This document shows, one piece after another, positions 1 through 8,617 of a stretch of DNA of 32,000 nt (positions are counted from its first letter, which is position 1; every line of letters starts with the position of its first letter). Below the pieces are notes generated by a model. It was not told the origin of the DNA and made no database searches. It saw nothing but the letters and a program-made list of their open reading frames with translations. A program made the position numbers and the translations under genes. Origin of the DNA: Candidatus Methanophagaceae archaeon (GTDB lineage: Archaea; Halobacteriota; Syntropharchaeia; Alkanophagales; Methanospirareceae); the NCBI GenBank assembly GCA_003194425.1, contig PQXB01000001.1, positions 1 to 32,000 on the forward strand. The letters are read 5' to 3'.

Positions 1-117
1 GAACTCCGCGATGTCTTGAACCTCGGGTCGCTGGTAGTTGTGAGCTAGAATAATCGCGTTCTTCCTGCGTTTTAAACGCTCTATTTTCTCTACCTGCTCT
101 CTCCTCTCTGCCCTCAT
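1..117 (-). CDS. nadA: Quinolinate synthase NadA, first 39 codons; the gene runs off the left edge
   Basis: Reverse-strand ATG at 115-117. Hand translation gives [39 protein letters not shown], which contains the NadA N-terminal signature ILAHNYQxPEVQDIA. It is absent from the ORF track because the window edge truncates it. Confidence 0.7.
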   Translation of the reverse strand, partial: MRAERREQVEKIERLKRRKNAIILAHNYQRPEVQDIAEF

Positions 118-305
118 TTTATTAATCATTTATCTGCAAATGGATTGTCGGATAATAAAACAAGTAATTTTATGATAAAAGAGATTGGAAGGGAAAGTTT
201 ATAAAGGCAAGGCCAACAGGTTCGTGAAGGATTAAAGATTTAGCAAGAAAGGTTAATTTTTAGACAAATCTCCCCCTCAAATCTTTTAGAGAGTTTTTGG
301 TGTCT

Positions 306-352
306 TCCTCCTTCCCCCGGCACGTTGCCTCCTCCTTCCCCGGCACGTTGCC
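306..352. repeat. Intergenic tandem direct repeat, 24 nt + 23 nt (tcctccttcccc(c)ggcacgttgcc)
   Basis: Copy 1 at 306-329 and copy 2 at 330-352 are identical except for one extra c in the C-run. The repeat is pyrimidine-rich on the + strand. Confidence 0.9.
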
Positions 353-684
353 AAAACTTGCCTACATCGTGCAGAAGAGCTGCAAGTTGGATTATTTTTT
401 TACATTTGACAAGAAAAGGAATTAGCTCAGACGAGCATATAAAGTGTTCTGCTTAACTTGCTTCTAGCAGGCATGAATCGGTTAGAAGATGGAGAATAAA
501 AAGGTCGTATTAAATTTTTATTCTAATACAATATTGTCTCCTCTTGAATATTTTTTTATGTTTTTATAATGTTAATATAATTGAAAGTTTATAAGTAAGG
601 TAACAAGATATTTTTATTATCTTGCCCCACGCGGAGGGGAAAGGTAAAGGGAAAAAGTCAGGGAAATGAAAGCAAAAAGCGTAG

Positions 685-919
685 AAGTGGATCTGGTGCG
701 TAACACCTGCGGCAAACACAACTGCAACACCAACTCCTACATTTAAACCCTCGCCCACACCTCCCACTACCTCCTCCCCTACCTCCTACCTCTGCACCCA
801 CACCCAAACCCACGCCTACACCAAAGTCAGCGTTGCCGGGATTTGAGGCTGGATTCGCTTTCGCCGGAATCTTTGCAGTGGCTTACTTGCTGCTGCTGTT
901 CAGGAAGAAAAGAGGATGA
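685..919 (+). pseudogene. Frameshifted remnant of a surface-anchored protein tail: Thr/Pro-rich linker plus PGF-CTERM sorting signal
   Basis: The frame open over 704-919 ends in PTPKPTPTPKSALPGFEAGFAFAGIFAVAYLLLLFRKKRG*, that is PGF, a hydrophobic helix and a basic tail. The adjacent frame (685-846) reads TPAANTTATPTPTFKPSPTPPTTSSPTS. Neither frame has a start codon or a signal peptide. The stop at 917-919 overlaps the ATG at 916 of the next gene (ATGA). Confidence 0.5.
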
Positions 920-1999
920 GAGGATTAATCACAAAAGTAGTTAGTTACGGCATAATAATTTTCATAATTCTCTCGCTCAACTTCTTTCTGCCACGAATGT
1001 CGCCCGCGGGTCCGCTCTCGCTATCAGGCTCGGGCTTAACGAGTGCGGACCAGCAGGAGCAGGTTTTGGAAGAATACGGGAATTATCTGCGCGGTCTTAC
1101 GCACGGAGACCTGGGCTGGTCAAGTTCTAAAAACGCACCTGTCTCGGAAGTGTTGAAAAGGAGTTTAAAATGGACGCTACTGCTCGTCGGCACTTCAACC
1201 GTAGTTTACATAATTTTAGGAATTCTGACAGGTGCGGTCTCGGCGTGGAAGAAGGGGAAGAAGACGGACGTTGGGCTGCTCGTCTTGCTTGTTTCTCTGG
1301 CTTCGGTCCCGCCGTTCTTTCTTGGAATGCTCTTTATTATTTATTTCGAGTGGAAGTGGGACTTGTTCCCGAGGTTTGGTGCGCAGACGCTGTTTGTGAA
1401 TTATTCAACGCCTTTTGGGGTGGTGTTGGATATTTTGCACCACTTAGCGCTCCCGGCTGCAACGCTCACGCTTACCAGCGTCGGCGTAATTTACCTACTG
1501 ACTTCCGAGGCTTCCGCTGATAATCCTGATCGCTGCGTTCCTGCGTCCAAGCGTCTTGAACCTCGTCTTTGTATTCGCGTTCTTCGAGTGGTCAGTAACC
1601 GCCCGTGTCATTCGGTCAGAGGTTTTAACGCTAAAAACCCGATCGTACGTGGATGCAGCGAGAATGCTCGGCGCGGGCGATTTTCATATCCTCGGGCGGC
1701 ACATTCTGCCAAATGTTGTTCCGTTAGTCGTTGTGCAGTTGGTCTTGGTCTCGAGGTACATAATTCTCGCCGAGTCGGGATTGAGTTTCATTGGGCTCGG
1801 CGACCCGACTGCGAAGAGCTGGGGAATGATGCTGCACGACGCTTTTGAATATCCCACGATTTTCATAACAGACCTGTGGAAGTGGTGGATGCTGCCTGCG
1901 GGGTTGCTTATTGGACTTACGATCCTTTCCCTCAGTTTCATCGGCTACGCACTGGAGGAAGTGGTGAATCCGAGGCTGAAGCGGTCGTTAGTGATATAA
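916..1999 (+). pseudogene. Chimeric, out-of-frame ABC permease: OppB/DppB-like N-terminal half joined to an OppC/DppC-like C-terminal half
   Basis: From 916 to about 1500 the sequence parallels the intact OppB paralog at 2325, up to ...HHLALPAATLTLTSVGVIYLLT. After that this frame becomes Arg/Cys-rich nonsense. A different frame, open from 1502, reads LPLIILIAAFL...FEWSVTARVIRSEVLTLKTRSYVDAARMLGAGDFHILGRHILPNV...NPRLK, which parallels the C-terminal half of the intact OppC at 3256. Confidence 0.6.
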
Positions 2000-2225
2000 A
2001 AACCCCGAGGTAGACCGCTTGATAGAAGAGGGACGAACCACCTTTGACTACGACGACCGATGGGAAATCTACAGGAAAGCACAGGAGCAAATCTTGGAGG
2101 ACTCGCCCGAGATATTCGTTTTCTATCTGAACGAACTTGTCGGCTTGACCAACGAGGTGCAGGGCTACGAAATCTACCCGAACGAGATAACATTCCTTAC
2201 GGGGGAGATATACAACACAGCGTAG
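1995..2225 (+). pseudogene. C-terminal roughly 76-codon fragment of a family-5 (OppA/DppA-type) substrate-binding protein
   Basis: The frame opens right after an in-frame TGA (1992-1994). It reads YKNPEVDRLIEEGRTTFDYDDRWEIYRKAQEQILEDSPEIFVFYLNELVGLTNEVQGYEIYPNEITFLTGEIYNTA*, a typical SBP_bac_5 C-terminus. No N-terminal body is present. The fragment abuts the stop (1997-1999) of the permease remnant. Confidence 0.65.
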
Positions 2226-2268
2226 CGTAGTCGCGACAGACAACAGGAAAGGAGAAGGAAAGTGTGAG

Positions 2269-2300
2269 GAGGGATTTTTTCCCTCTTTTTTATTTTTTTT
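2269..2300 (+). terminator. Hairpin plus T-tract after the SBP fragment
   Basis: gaggga (2269-2274) pairs with tccctc (2280-2285) across a ttttt loop. T-rich sequence tttttatttttttttg follows. Confidence 0.4.
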
Positions 2301-2324
2301 GTTTTTATCAAAATAAAAGTAAAA

Positions 2325-3281
2325 ATGCTCAACTACATTTTAAAACGGATAATTCTTCTGGCTCCAATCTTACTTCTGGTCTCTCTAATAACTTTTTCAA
2401 TTTTATACATTATCCCCGGCGACCCCGCCGAAACTATCCTCACAGGTCCCGGCGGTGCCGCCGACCCAAAGGCAGTCGAGGAATTCCGAGTTAAAATGGG
2501 CTTGGACAGACCGCTGCACATCCAATATCTCAAATGGCTGAACAATGTTCTGCACGGCAACTTCGGATATTCTTATATGACCGAGCAGCCGGTTCTTGAC
2601 CCCATTCTGCCCGCGTTCAGAGCCACTCTGAAACTCGCGGTCGCAAGTATGATTTTGTCGCTCTTAATCTCGATTCCCGTAGGAATTATCTCTGCGATTA
2701 AGCAGTATTCGCTCATCGACAATCTCAGTATGACAGGCGCGTTGCTCGGCGTCTCAATGCCGAACTTCTGGCAGGGGCTGCTTCTCATTCTCTTATTCGC
2801 GGTTTATTTGGGTTGGTTTCCTGTTGCAGGCTACGGCGAGAACGGCGATTTTGAACACCTCGTGCTACCTGCGATCACGCTTGGAACAAGTTCGGCTGCG
2901 ATTACTACACGGCTGATGCGGTCAAGTATGCTGGAGACGATTAGGCAGGACTACATCCAAGCAGCGAGAGCGAAGGGCTTGTCCGAGCGAGTGGTTATTG
3001 GAAAGCACGCCTTAAAGAACGCTCTTATTCCTGTCGTGACCGTGGCGGGCTTAAATTTTGGGTATTTGCTTGACGGCTCGGTGGTGGTGGAGACGATTTT
3101 TGCGTGGCCCGGGATTGGCAAACTTATGGTCGGCTCAATTTATATGCGGGACTACCCGATGATTCAGGGCTGCATTTTGTTCGTCGCGCTCGTTTATGTG
3201 GCGGTTAATTTAGTCGTGGACATTTTATACACCTTCCTTGACCCGAGGATTCGTTATGAAACAAAAGCAAAAGCAAAATAG
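2325..3281 (+). CDS. ABC peptide/nickel transporter permease, OppB/DppB type
   Basis: 318 aa. N-terminus is MLNYILKRIILLAPILLLVSLITF. Binding-protein-dependent transport motif region LVLPAITLG...QDYIQAARAKGLSERVV is present, and the C-terminus is DPRIRY. Confidence 0.9.
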   Translation: MLNYILKRIILLAPILLLVSLITFSILYIIPGDPAETILTGPGGAADPKAVEEFRVKMGLDRPLHIQYLKWLNNVLHGNFGYSYMTEQPVLDPILPAFRATLKLAVASMILSLLISIPVGIISAIKQYSLIDNLSMTGALLGVSMPNFWQGLLLILLFAVYLGWFPVAGYGENGDFEHLVLPAITLGTSSAAITTRLMRSSMLETIRQDYIQAARAKGLSERVVIGKHALKNALIPVVTVAGLNFGYLLDGSVVVETIFAWPGIGKLMVGSIYMRDYPMIQGCILFVALVYVAVNLVVDILYTFLDPRIRYETKAKAK

Positions 3282-4131
3282 CGAGTTGGCAGACTTCGTT
3301 TCGCAGTTCCGAGAGAACAGGACTGCCTTAGTCGGTGCTGCGGTTATTTTACTGCTCGTTTTAGTCGCGATTTTTGCACCTCAACTTGCGCCGCACAACC
3401 CGATTAAAGCATCCTTAGGCGACCGATTAAGTGCTCCGTCTGAAAAATATCCGCTTGGGACAGACCACCTCGGGCGGTGCGTTCTCAGCAGGCTGTTATA
3501 CGGCGCCAGGATTTCGTTAGCGGTTGGTGTGGTCGTGGTCGGGGTGGCGGCTGCAGTCGGCGTTGCACTCGGCATAATCTCTGGATTTTATGGCGGCGTC
3601 CTCGACGAGATAATTATGCGTCTGGTCGATGCGATGTTAGCGTTTCCGAGCATTTTTCTGGCGTTGGCAATCGCAGGCACGCTCGGACCTGGGCTTGGGA
3701 ATGTGATGATTGCGATAATCGTCGTAGAATGGACGCGGTATGCAAGAGTAATGCGGGGCTCGATTCTGTCTGTGAAAGAGAATTATTATGTCGAGGCGGC
3801 GAGAGCACTCGGCGCCAGCGATTTTTATGTCGTCACCCAACACATTCTACCGAACGCGATCGCACCGATTATCGTAGTTGCAACGCTCGGAATGGCGCCG
3901 GTAATCCTGGCAGCGACGAGCCTGAGTTTTCTCGGGCTTGGCGTGCAGCCGCCGACGCCTGAGTGGGGAATGATGCTGAACGACGGGCGTTTATTTATGC
4001 GTAGAGCGCCGCATCTGACGACCTTTCCGGGCGTGGCGATAATGATTACGATTTTGGCGTTCAACCTGCTTGGCGACGGGCTGCGGGACGCCTTGGATCC
4101 GAGGGCGAGGACAGAGAAAGAATTAAGATAA
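3256..4131 (+). CDS. ABC peptide/nickel transporter permease, OppC/DppC type
   Basis: ATG at 3256 was chosen over the TTG at 3238 and overlaps the oppB-like 3' end. Motifs GTDHLGRCVLSRLLYGARISL, EWTRYARVMRGSILSVKENYYVEAARALGAS and LLGDGLRDALDPR are present. Confidence 0.9.
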   Translation: MKQKQKQNSELADFVSQFRENRTALVGAAVILLLVLVAIFAPQLAPHNPIKASLGDRLSAPSEKYPLGTDHLGRCVLSRLLYGARISLAVGVVVVGVAAAVGVALGIISGFYGGVLDEIIMRLVDAMLAFPSIFLALAIAGTLGPGLGNVMIAIIVVEWTRYARVMRGSILSVKENYYVEAARALGASDFYVVTQHILPNAIAPIIVVATLGMAPVILAATSLSFLGLGVQPPTPEWGMMLNDGRLFMRRAPHLTTFPGVAIMITILAFNLLGDGLRDALDPRARTEKELR

Positions 4132-4152
4132 AGTAGCATAAATTATCTGCTA

Positions 4153-5100
4153 ATGACCCTGTTAGGCGTAAGAAATCTGAGAGTGCATTTCCCGACCGAA
4201 GAGGGGCTCGTGAAGGCGGTAAACACCGTTGACCTTGAGATGAAAGGGAGAGAGAAGTTGGGGTTAATCGGCGAGACCGGCTGCGGAAAAACAGTGTTGG
4301 GGATGTGCATAATGCGACTGCTGCAGCCAAACACGGAGGTCGCGGGCGAGATTTGGTACAAAGGAAGAGACCTCCTAAGGCTGAGCGAGGGAGAGATGCG
4401 GAAGGTGCGGGGCAGGGAGATTGCGATGATTTTGCAGAACCCTGCGACCTCCTTGAACCCGGTCTTGAGAGTTGGCGAGCAGATTGCAGAGGCGATTCGG
4501 CTGCATCAGGGCTTGGATAAGAGGACGGCGTGGGCGAGAGCGGTTGAGGAGCTTGAAGCCGTGAAAATAGCGTCGGCGGAGGAGAGAGCAAAAGAATATC
4601 CGCATCAGTTCAGTGGCGGAATGCAGGAACGGGCGATGATCGCGATGGGGCTTGCGTGCGACCCGGCTTTGATCATCGCGGACGAGCCGACGAAGGGCTT
4701 GGATGTGAAGATAAAAATGCAAGTGGTAAGGCTTTTGAAAGAGGTTGTGAGGGAGAAAGCGATGCTGTTCATAACGCACGATTTGGGTGCGGCGGCGGAG
4801 ATTTGCGACCGGATCGCTGTGATGTATGCCGGCGAAATCGTTGAGTGCGCGGAGACTTCGGAGATATTCAGAAATCCGCTGCACCCTTACACACAGGGGT
4901 TTCTCAATTCACTGCCGAACAGGGGTTTAAAACCGATTCCCGGCGTTAGTCCGTCTTTGATTGACATCCCATCAGGTTGCAGGTTTCACCAGAGGTGCGA
5001 CTGCGCGACAGAAATCTGTGAGGAGGAGCATTCAGAGATGGTGGAAGTAAAGGAGGGGCATTTTGTGAGGTGTTTCTTGTTTGGTGAAAAAGATGCTTGA
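4153..5100 (+). CDS. ABC transporter ATPase, OppD/DppD type, with C-terminal oligopeptide-transporter domain
   Basis: Walker A GETGCGKT, signature [12 protein letters not shown], Walker [13 protein letters not shown] and H-loop ITHDL are present. The C-terminal domain has [12 protein letters not shown] plus a Cys-rich tail. Confidence 0.9.
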   Translation: MTLLGVRNLRVHFPTEEGLVKAVNTVDLEMKGREKLGLIGETGCGKTVLGMCIMRLLQPNTEVAGEIWYKGRDLLRLSEGEMRKVRGREIAMILQNPATSLNPVLRVGEQIAEAIRLHQGLDKRTAWARAVEELEAVKIASAEERAKEYPHQFSGGMQERAMIAMGLACDPALIIADEPTKGLDVKIKMQVVRLLKEVVREKAMLFITHDLGAAAEICDRIAVMYAGEIVECAETSEIFRNPLHPYTQGFLNSLPNRGLKPIPGVSPSLIDIPSGCRFHQRCDCATEICEEEHSEMVEVKEGHFVRCFLFGEKDA

Positions 5101-5833
5101 AGTGGAGAATTTGAGCAAGTATTTTTGCAGTGGGGTCTTGAGAAAGCGGTGCGTGAAGGCGGTGGACGGCGTCTCGTTCAGGATCGAGAAGGGCGAGACT
5201 TTGGGGCTTGTCGGCGAGAGTGGCTGCGGTAAGACGACGCTTGGGCGTTTGCTCTTGCGGTTGCTTGAGCCGAGCGAAGGGCGGGTCGTTTTTGACGGCG
5301 TGGACTTGCTGCGGTTGAAGCGGAAGGAACTGCGACTGCTCAGACCCCGAATGCAGATGATTTTTCAAGACCCCGACGCGTCGCTCAATCCGAGAATGAA
5401 GACTTGGGAGAGCGTTGCCGAGCCTCTGAAGTTGCAGGGAAACAGGGATAAAAAGCAAATAAAAGAAAAAGTTTTGGAGCTGATTGAGACGGTGGGGCTG
5501 AGCCCAGAACACGCGAGCAGGTACCCTTACCAGCTGAGCGGCGGGCAGAACCAGCGGGTCGTGCTTGCGAGGGTTCTCGCAATGAACCCCGATTTTATCG
5601 TTGCGGACGAGCCCACCTCTTGTTTGGATGTCTCGGTTCAGGCGCAGATACTGAATTTACTGAAGGATTTGAGGCAGGAGTTTAACTTGACGCTGCTCTT
5701 CATCTCGCACGACCTCGAGGTTGTGCGGCAGATGAGTGACCGGATCGCGGTAATGCACCGTGGTAAAATCGTGAAGGTCAGTCCGCTCAACCCGCTCAAC
5801 CCCCCTAAGAAGGGGAGGGACTTGCATAATTAG
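5093..5833 (+). CDS. ABC transporter ATPase, OppF/DppF type, lacking the usual C-terminal domain
   Basis: ATG at 5093 overlaps the oppD-like stop (ATGCTTGA); the track start at 5081 is TTG. Walker A GESGCGKT, signature [12 protein letters not shown], Walker [13 protein letters not shown] and ISHDL are present. Homology ends after [10 protein letters not shown], followed by [19 protein letters not shown]. The HPYT-containing domain seen in the D subunit is missing. Confidence 0.8.
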   Translation: MLEVENLSKYFCSGVLRKRCVKAVDGVSFRIEKGETLGLVGESGCGKTTLGRLLLRLLEPSEGRVVFDGVDLLRLKRKELRLLRPRMQMIFQDPDASLNPRMKTWESVAEPLKLQGNRDKKQIKEKVLELIETVGLSPEHASRYPYQLSGGQNQRVVLARVLAMNPDFIVADEPTSCLDVSVQAQILNLLKDLRQEFNLTLLFISHDLEVVRQMSDRIAVMHRGKIVKVSPLNPLNPPKKGRDLHN

Positions 5834-5850
5834 ACAACTGTTTGATGAAG

Positions 5851-6060
5851 TTACCGTTCAGATTTTTGACAAATCAGAAATTTCTCGAGGTCACCGTATT
5901 CCTCTTGTAACTCAAATTGTTTCGTCTCGTCTAGATCTAATATCCTCACTGTCGTCGGCTCGTGTTTCAAAACTTCTCGCATGATTTCCTGACCTATCGA
6001 GCCAGTGCCACAGGTTATCAAAATATTTTTATCCTTACATATCTTCTACTGATTCTTCAT
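5851..6060 (-). pseudogene. N-terminal remnant of a CapD/PseB-type NAD-dependent polysaccharide dehydratase/epimerase
   Basis: Hand translation gives MKNQ*KICKDKNILITCGTGSIGQEIMREVLKHEPTTVRILDLDETKQFELQEEYGDLEKFLICQKSER*. This is a Rossmann loop of the ILITGGTGSIG type with a Gly-to-Cys change. There is an in-frame TAG at codon 5, and the fragment is truncated at about 65 residues. Confidence 0.5.
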
Positions 6061-6125
6061 AATATCTCCCCCTCTATCTTACCTAATTATTTATAAACGA
6101 TTTTGTAGTAATGGGAGATTGAATG

Positions 6126-6171
6126 CATGATCGAAGCATTGAAACAAACATGATCGAAGTATTGAAACAAA
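6126..6171. repeat. Tandem direct repeat 2 x 23 nt (catgatcgaag[c/t]attgaaacaaa)
   Basis: 6126-6148 and 6149-6171 differ at a single position. The repeat lies in an AT-rich region of gene fragments. Confidence 0.9.
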
Positions 6172-6489
6172 ATAAGGAACTCTGGGATTTGTTTTCCAGA
6201 CGAGAGGAATACAATCCTCTGATTTCAGATTAATATCAGAGATTCCTTTACTACTTGAGTAAGCACCGAAACATTTTAGAGCCAGAAGTATCGAAATTCC
6301 TGATAGGAAACGGTTTAAATTTAGAAGTTTAAAGCACCAAATCAAGAATGCCTTTAAGACGCTTCTCAAGAGCATAAAGAAACGACGGAACCCTTGGTGG
6401 AATTTTAAAGATATTATGGCATTAGAGGCAAAATACGGCGCGAAGTCAAGTTTTTATTTCTTGGCATTGAGCACAGGGGAAAGGTTTAA

Positions 6490-7917
6490 ATGAGAGGGTT
6501 CAAAGAGAGGTTGGCGAGGGAAGGGGGGTTAGTAGAGATTGAGCGGGCGGTGTCGTCAAAATACGAGGTTGCGTCGGTTTGTGCAGAGTTGGAGCGGAGA
6601 GGGAATAAAAAACCTGTCTTTTTTCACGCGGTTGACGGCAGGCACAAAGTCCTGACGAACGTGCTGGGCGGGAGAGAGAGGCTGGCGGAGCTGCTGGGAC
6701 TTGGCACCGCTGCCTCCGCTGAGGTCGCACCGTTTTTGGCGAAAGTCGCTGAAGGTGGAAGAGGAGGAGGCAGCGAAGGAGAGGAAGAGGGAGCGAGAAA
6801 GGGAGAGGGAGCGGGAGAGAGAGAGGTGAAAATAGTGGAGGACTCGCCGACGAGGGAAGTAGTCAGCAAGGAGCCGGATTTAAGCGAGTTGCCGATTTTA
6901 ACGCATTTTCACGGCGACGGCGGCGCCTACATCACGGCAGGGGTGGTGGTTGCGGAACTGGACGGCGTGAGGAACGCGTCGTTTCACAGAATGATGGTCT
7001 TGGACGCGAAGAGGCTCGCAGTGCGGCTCGTTCCACCCAGACACCTCTACAAAATGCACCGCGAAGCAGTGGAGCGAGGCGAGGAGTTAAAAGTGGGAAT
7101 CGCGATCGGAGTGGAGCCGTTGGTTCTTTTGGCGGCTGCTACAAGAGTTCCGCCGGGCAAGGAGTTCGAGTACGCGGCGGCGTTAAAAACCCTTTCTTTA
7201 GAAAAGAAAGGTTTGCCAAAGAAAAACGAGTCAGTGGAGCTTTTTAGGTTGAGCAACGGCGTTGCAGTTCCGCACGCAGAATTCGCTTTGGAAGGCTTTT
7301 TAGGCGAAGAGAGAGCGAGAGAGGGTCCGTTTCTGGACCTTACCGGGACTTACGACTGCGTGAGGGAAGAGCCGGTTCTCAGGCTTACGAAGATTTACCA
7401 CCGCAAAGACCCGATTTACCACGCCATTCTTCCCGCGGGTGCGGAGCACAAACTCTTGATGGGTGTGCCTTACGAGCCCTTGATTTTCCGGGCGGTAGAG
7501 CGTGTTGCACGAGTGAAGAATGTGTTTCTAACCGACGGCGGGTGCTGTTACTTGCACGCGGTGGTGCAAATAAAAAAGGAGGGGAAAGGTGGCGAAGGGG
7601 AAGGAGAAGGAGTGGCGAAGAATGCGATTATTTCGGCTCTCGCTGCTCACCCCAGCCTCAAACTCGTCGTCGTTGTTGACACTGACATTGACCTGTTCAA
7701 CCCCGCGGAGGTGGAGTACGCGTTGGCGACGCGGGTGCGGTGGAGTGAGGATTTGGTGCTAATTCCTGGTGCGAAGGGCTCGTCGCTTGACCCGTCTTCG
7801 CGAAACGGGCTGACAACAAAAATCGGAATTGACGCCACAAAAGAGACAGGGAGAGGTGAGGAGGCGGGCGGAGGCGAGGAGGCGGCGAAGAAGTACGAGC
7901 GGGTCGTGACTACTTAA
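6490..7917 (+). CDS. UbiD-family (prenyl-FMN dependent) decarboxylase
   Basis: 475 aa. The UbiD-like N-terminus is FKERLAREGGLVEIERAVSSKYEVASVCAE. Core segments include GAYITAGVVVA..NASFHRMMV and DPIYHAILPAG. Three Gly/Glu-rich low-complexity inserts are present. Confidence 0.8.
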   Translation: MRGFKERLAREGGLVEIERAVSSKYEVASVCAELERRGNKKPVFFHAVDGRHKVLTNVLGGRERLAELLGLGTAASAEVAPFLAKVAEGGRGGGSEGEEEGARKGEGAGEREVKIVEDSPTREVVSKEPDLSELPILTHFHGDGGAYITAGVVVAELDGVRNASFHRMMVLDAKRLAVRLVPPRHLYKMHREAVERGEELKVGIAIGVEPLVLLAAATRVPPGKEFEYAAALKTLSLEKKGLPKKNESVELFRLSNGVAVPHAEFALEGFLGEERAREGPFLDLTGTYDCVREEPVLRLTKIYHRKDPIYHAILPAGAEHKLLMGVPYEPLIFRAVERVARVKNVFLTDGGCCYLHAVVQIKKEGKGGEGEGEGVAKNAIISALAAHPSLKLVVVVDTDIDLFNPAEVEYALATRVRWSEDLVLIPGAKGSSLDPSSRNGLTTKIGIDATKETGRGEEAGGGEEAAKKYERVVTT

Positions 7918-8614
7918 TCTTTGTCAATTTCGTTAAGTCTTCTATAAATTTCGGAAATCCTTTCACTTTTTCACTCTCGCTGACTTCTCGGAGAACGTAG
8001 GTCCCGTCTAATTCGTGCTCCACGACAATCCTGTTTCGAGAAGGTTCTCCCGAAAGACCTCTTACAAGGTCGCCATCTTCGTCGGCGGTAACAAAATAAC
8101 CTTTTATGTGCATTGTAAAGGGGTCGCTGGCGAGCTTCAGTTTCCAATAAGCGGTCTGTGCAACTCTTTCACGTAAGGTGATTTTGCAGGAAATTATTCC
8201 GAGAACTTTACGCGTCTCGGGGTCAAAGACCACCAAGTCAGTGTCAGGTAGCAACGCCCACTTTGTGTACCTAACCAAAAGCTGGCGGTAAATTCCGCTA
8301 AGTTCCGCGTCAAGGTTCTTTCTCTCAAGCCGACTTCCCGGAATACAGCGAAGCCCAAGACCTTTTATTTGGTCTTCAATTATGTGCAGAACCAGTCTCT
8401 CAAAATTGTTTCCTTTGAAGGCTTTCCAAGATTGCTCTGCATCTGGCGTTTTGCCGTCTGCGATTTTCTTTAGCGCTTTTGGACTGCTGAGATACTCTCG
8501 TTTGTATTCTTCACGAGCCTCCTCAAAAATCTCTGAAATGTGAAGGTAAGCCCCGTCGCTGCCGTATTCTTTCTTCTTGCTCTCATACCGCTCTTTTAAG
8601 TCGTCAAAGTTCAT
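7910..8614 (-). CDS. Putative type II restriction endonuclease (PD-(D/E)xK-like)
   Basis: 234 aa, lying 3 nt downstream of the methyltransferase gene on the same strand. Candidate catalytic segment is LLPDTDLVVFD...GIISCKITLRERVAQ. The SxK..R-E-R arrangement is reminiscent of the Cfr10I/NgoMIV-type CCGG-family enzymes, but that comparison is from memory only. Confidence 0.5.
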   Translation of the reverse strand: MNFDDLKERYESKKKEYGSDGAYLHISEIFEEAREEYKREYLSSPKALKKIADGKTPDAEQSWKAFKGNNFERLVLHIIEDQIKGLGLRCIPGSRLERKNLDAELSGIYRQLLVRYTKWALLPDTDLVVFDPETRKVLGIISCKITLRERVAQTAYWKLKLASDPFTMHIKGYFVTADEDGDLVRGLSGEPSRNRIVVEHELDGTYVLREVSESEKVKGFPKFIEDLTKLTKIK

Positions 8615-8617
8615 AAT

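Noticed and set aside
421-470. tRNA-like string aattagctcagacgagc (resembling a D-arm)
   Set aside because: The putative D-loop is only 4 nt. No acceptor stem, anticodon arm or T-arm (GTTCRANNC) can be folded from the flanks.
118-560. Possible replication origin in the long AT-rich spacer
   Set aside because: No ORB or mini-ORB type inverted repeats are present and there is no adjacent orc1/cdc6 gene.
564-767. 67-aa minus-strand ORF
   Set aside because: It is antisense to the T/P-rich linker remnant and extends into AT-rich spacer. Its composition is an artefact of the complementary proline and threonine codons.
916-1999. Programmed ribosomal frameshift joining the two permease halves
   Set aside because: The two halves derive from different paralogs (B-type and C-type) and join non-equivalent transmembrane segments. 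No slippery heptamer or pseudoknot is seen at about 1500. A deletion scar is the simpler explanation.
4061-4591. Long antisense or alternate-frame ORFs inside real genes. Examples: 4061-4591 -, 4946-5512 -, 9879-10511 +, 20862-21251 -, 22770-23543 -, 25452-26033 -, 27854-28354 +, 13547-14152 +
   Set aside because: They are shadow ORFs typical of GC-rich coding DNA. Their translations are Arg/Pro/Ser-rich with no motifs, and each fully overlaps a gene with clear family signatures.
5841-5880. C-box-like tgatga (5843-5848) suggesting a C/D box sRNA
   Set aside because: There is no CUGA D or D' box at the required spacing on that strand. The sequence lies in the tail of the CapD-like fragment.
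6046-6048. In-frame TAG in the CapD/PseB-like fragment as a possible pyrrolysine codon
   Set aside because: The fragment also has a damaged NAD-binding glycine loop and is truncated after about 65 codons, so it is a pseudogene. There is no evidence of pyl genes in this window.
6091-6375. 94-aa minus-strand ORF in the fragment-rich region
   Set aside because: The DNA is AT-rich, no motifs are present, and it overlaps plus-strand fragments. It is treated as spurious.
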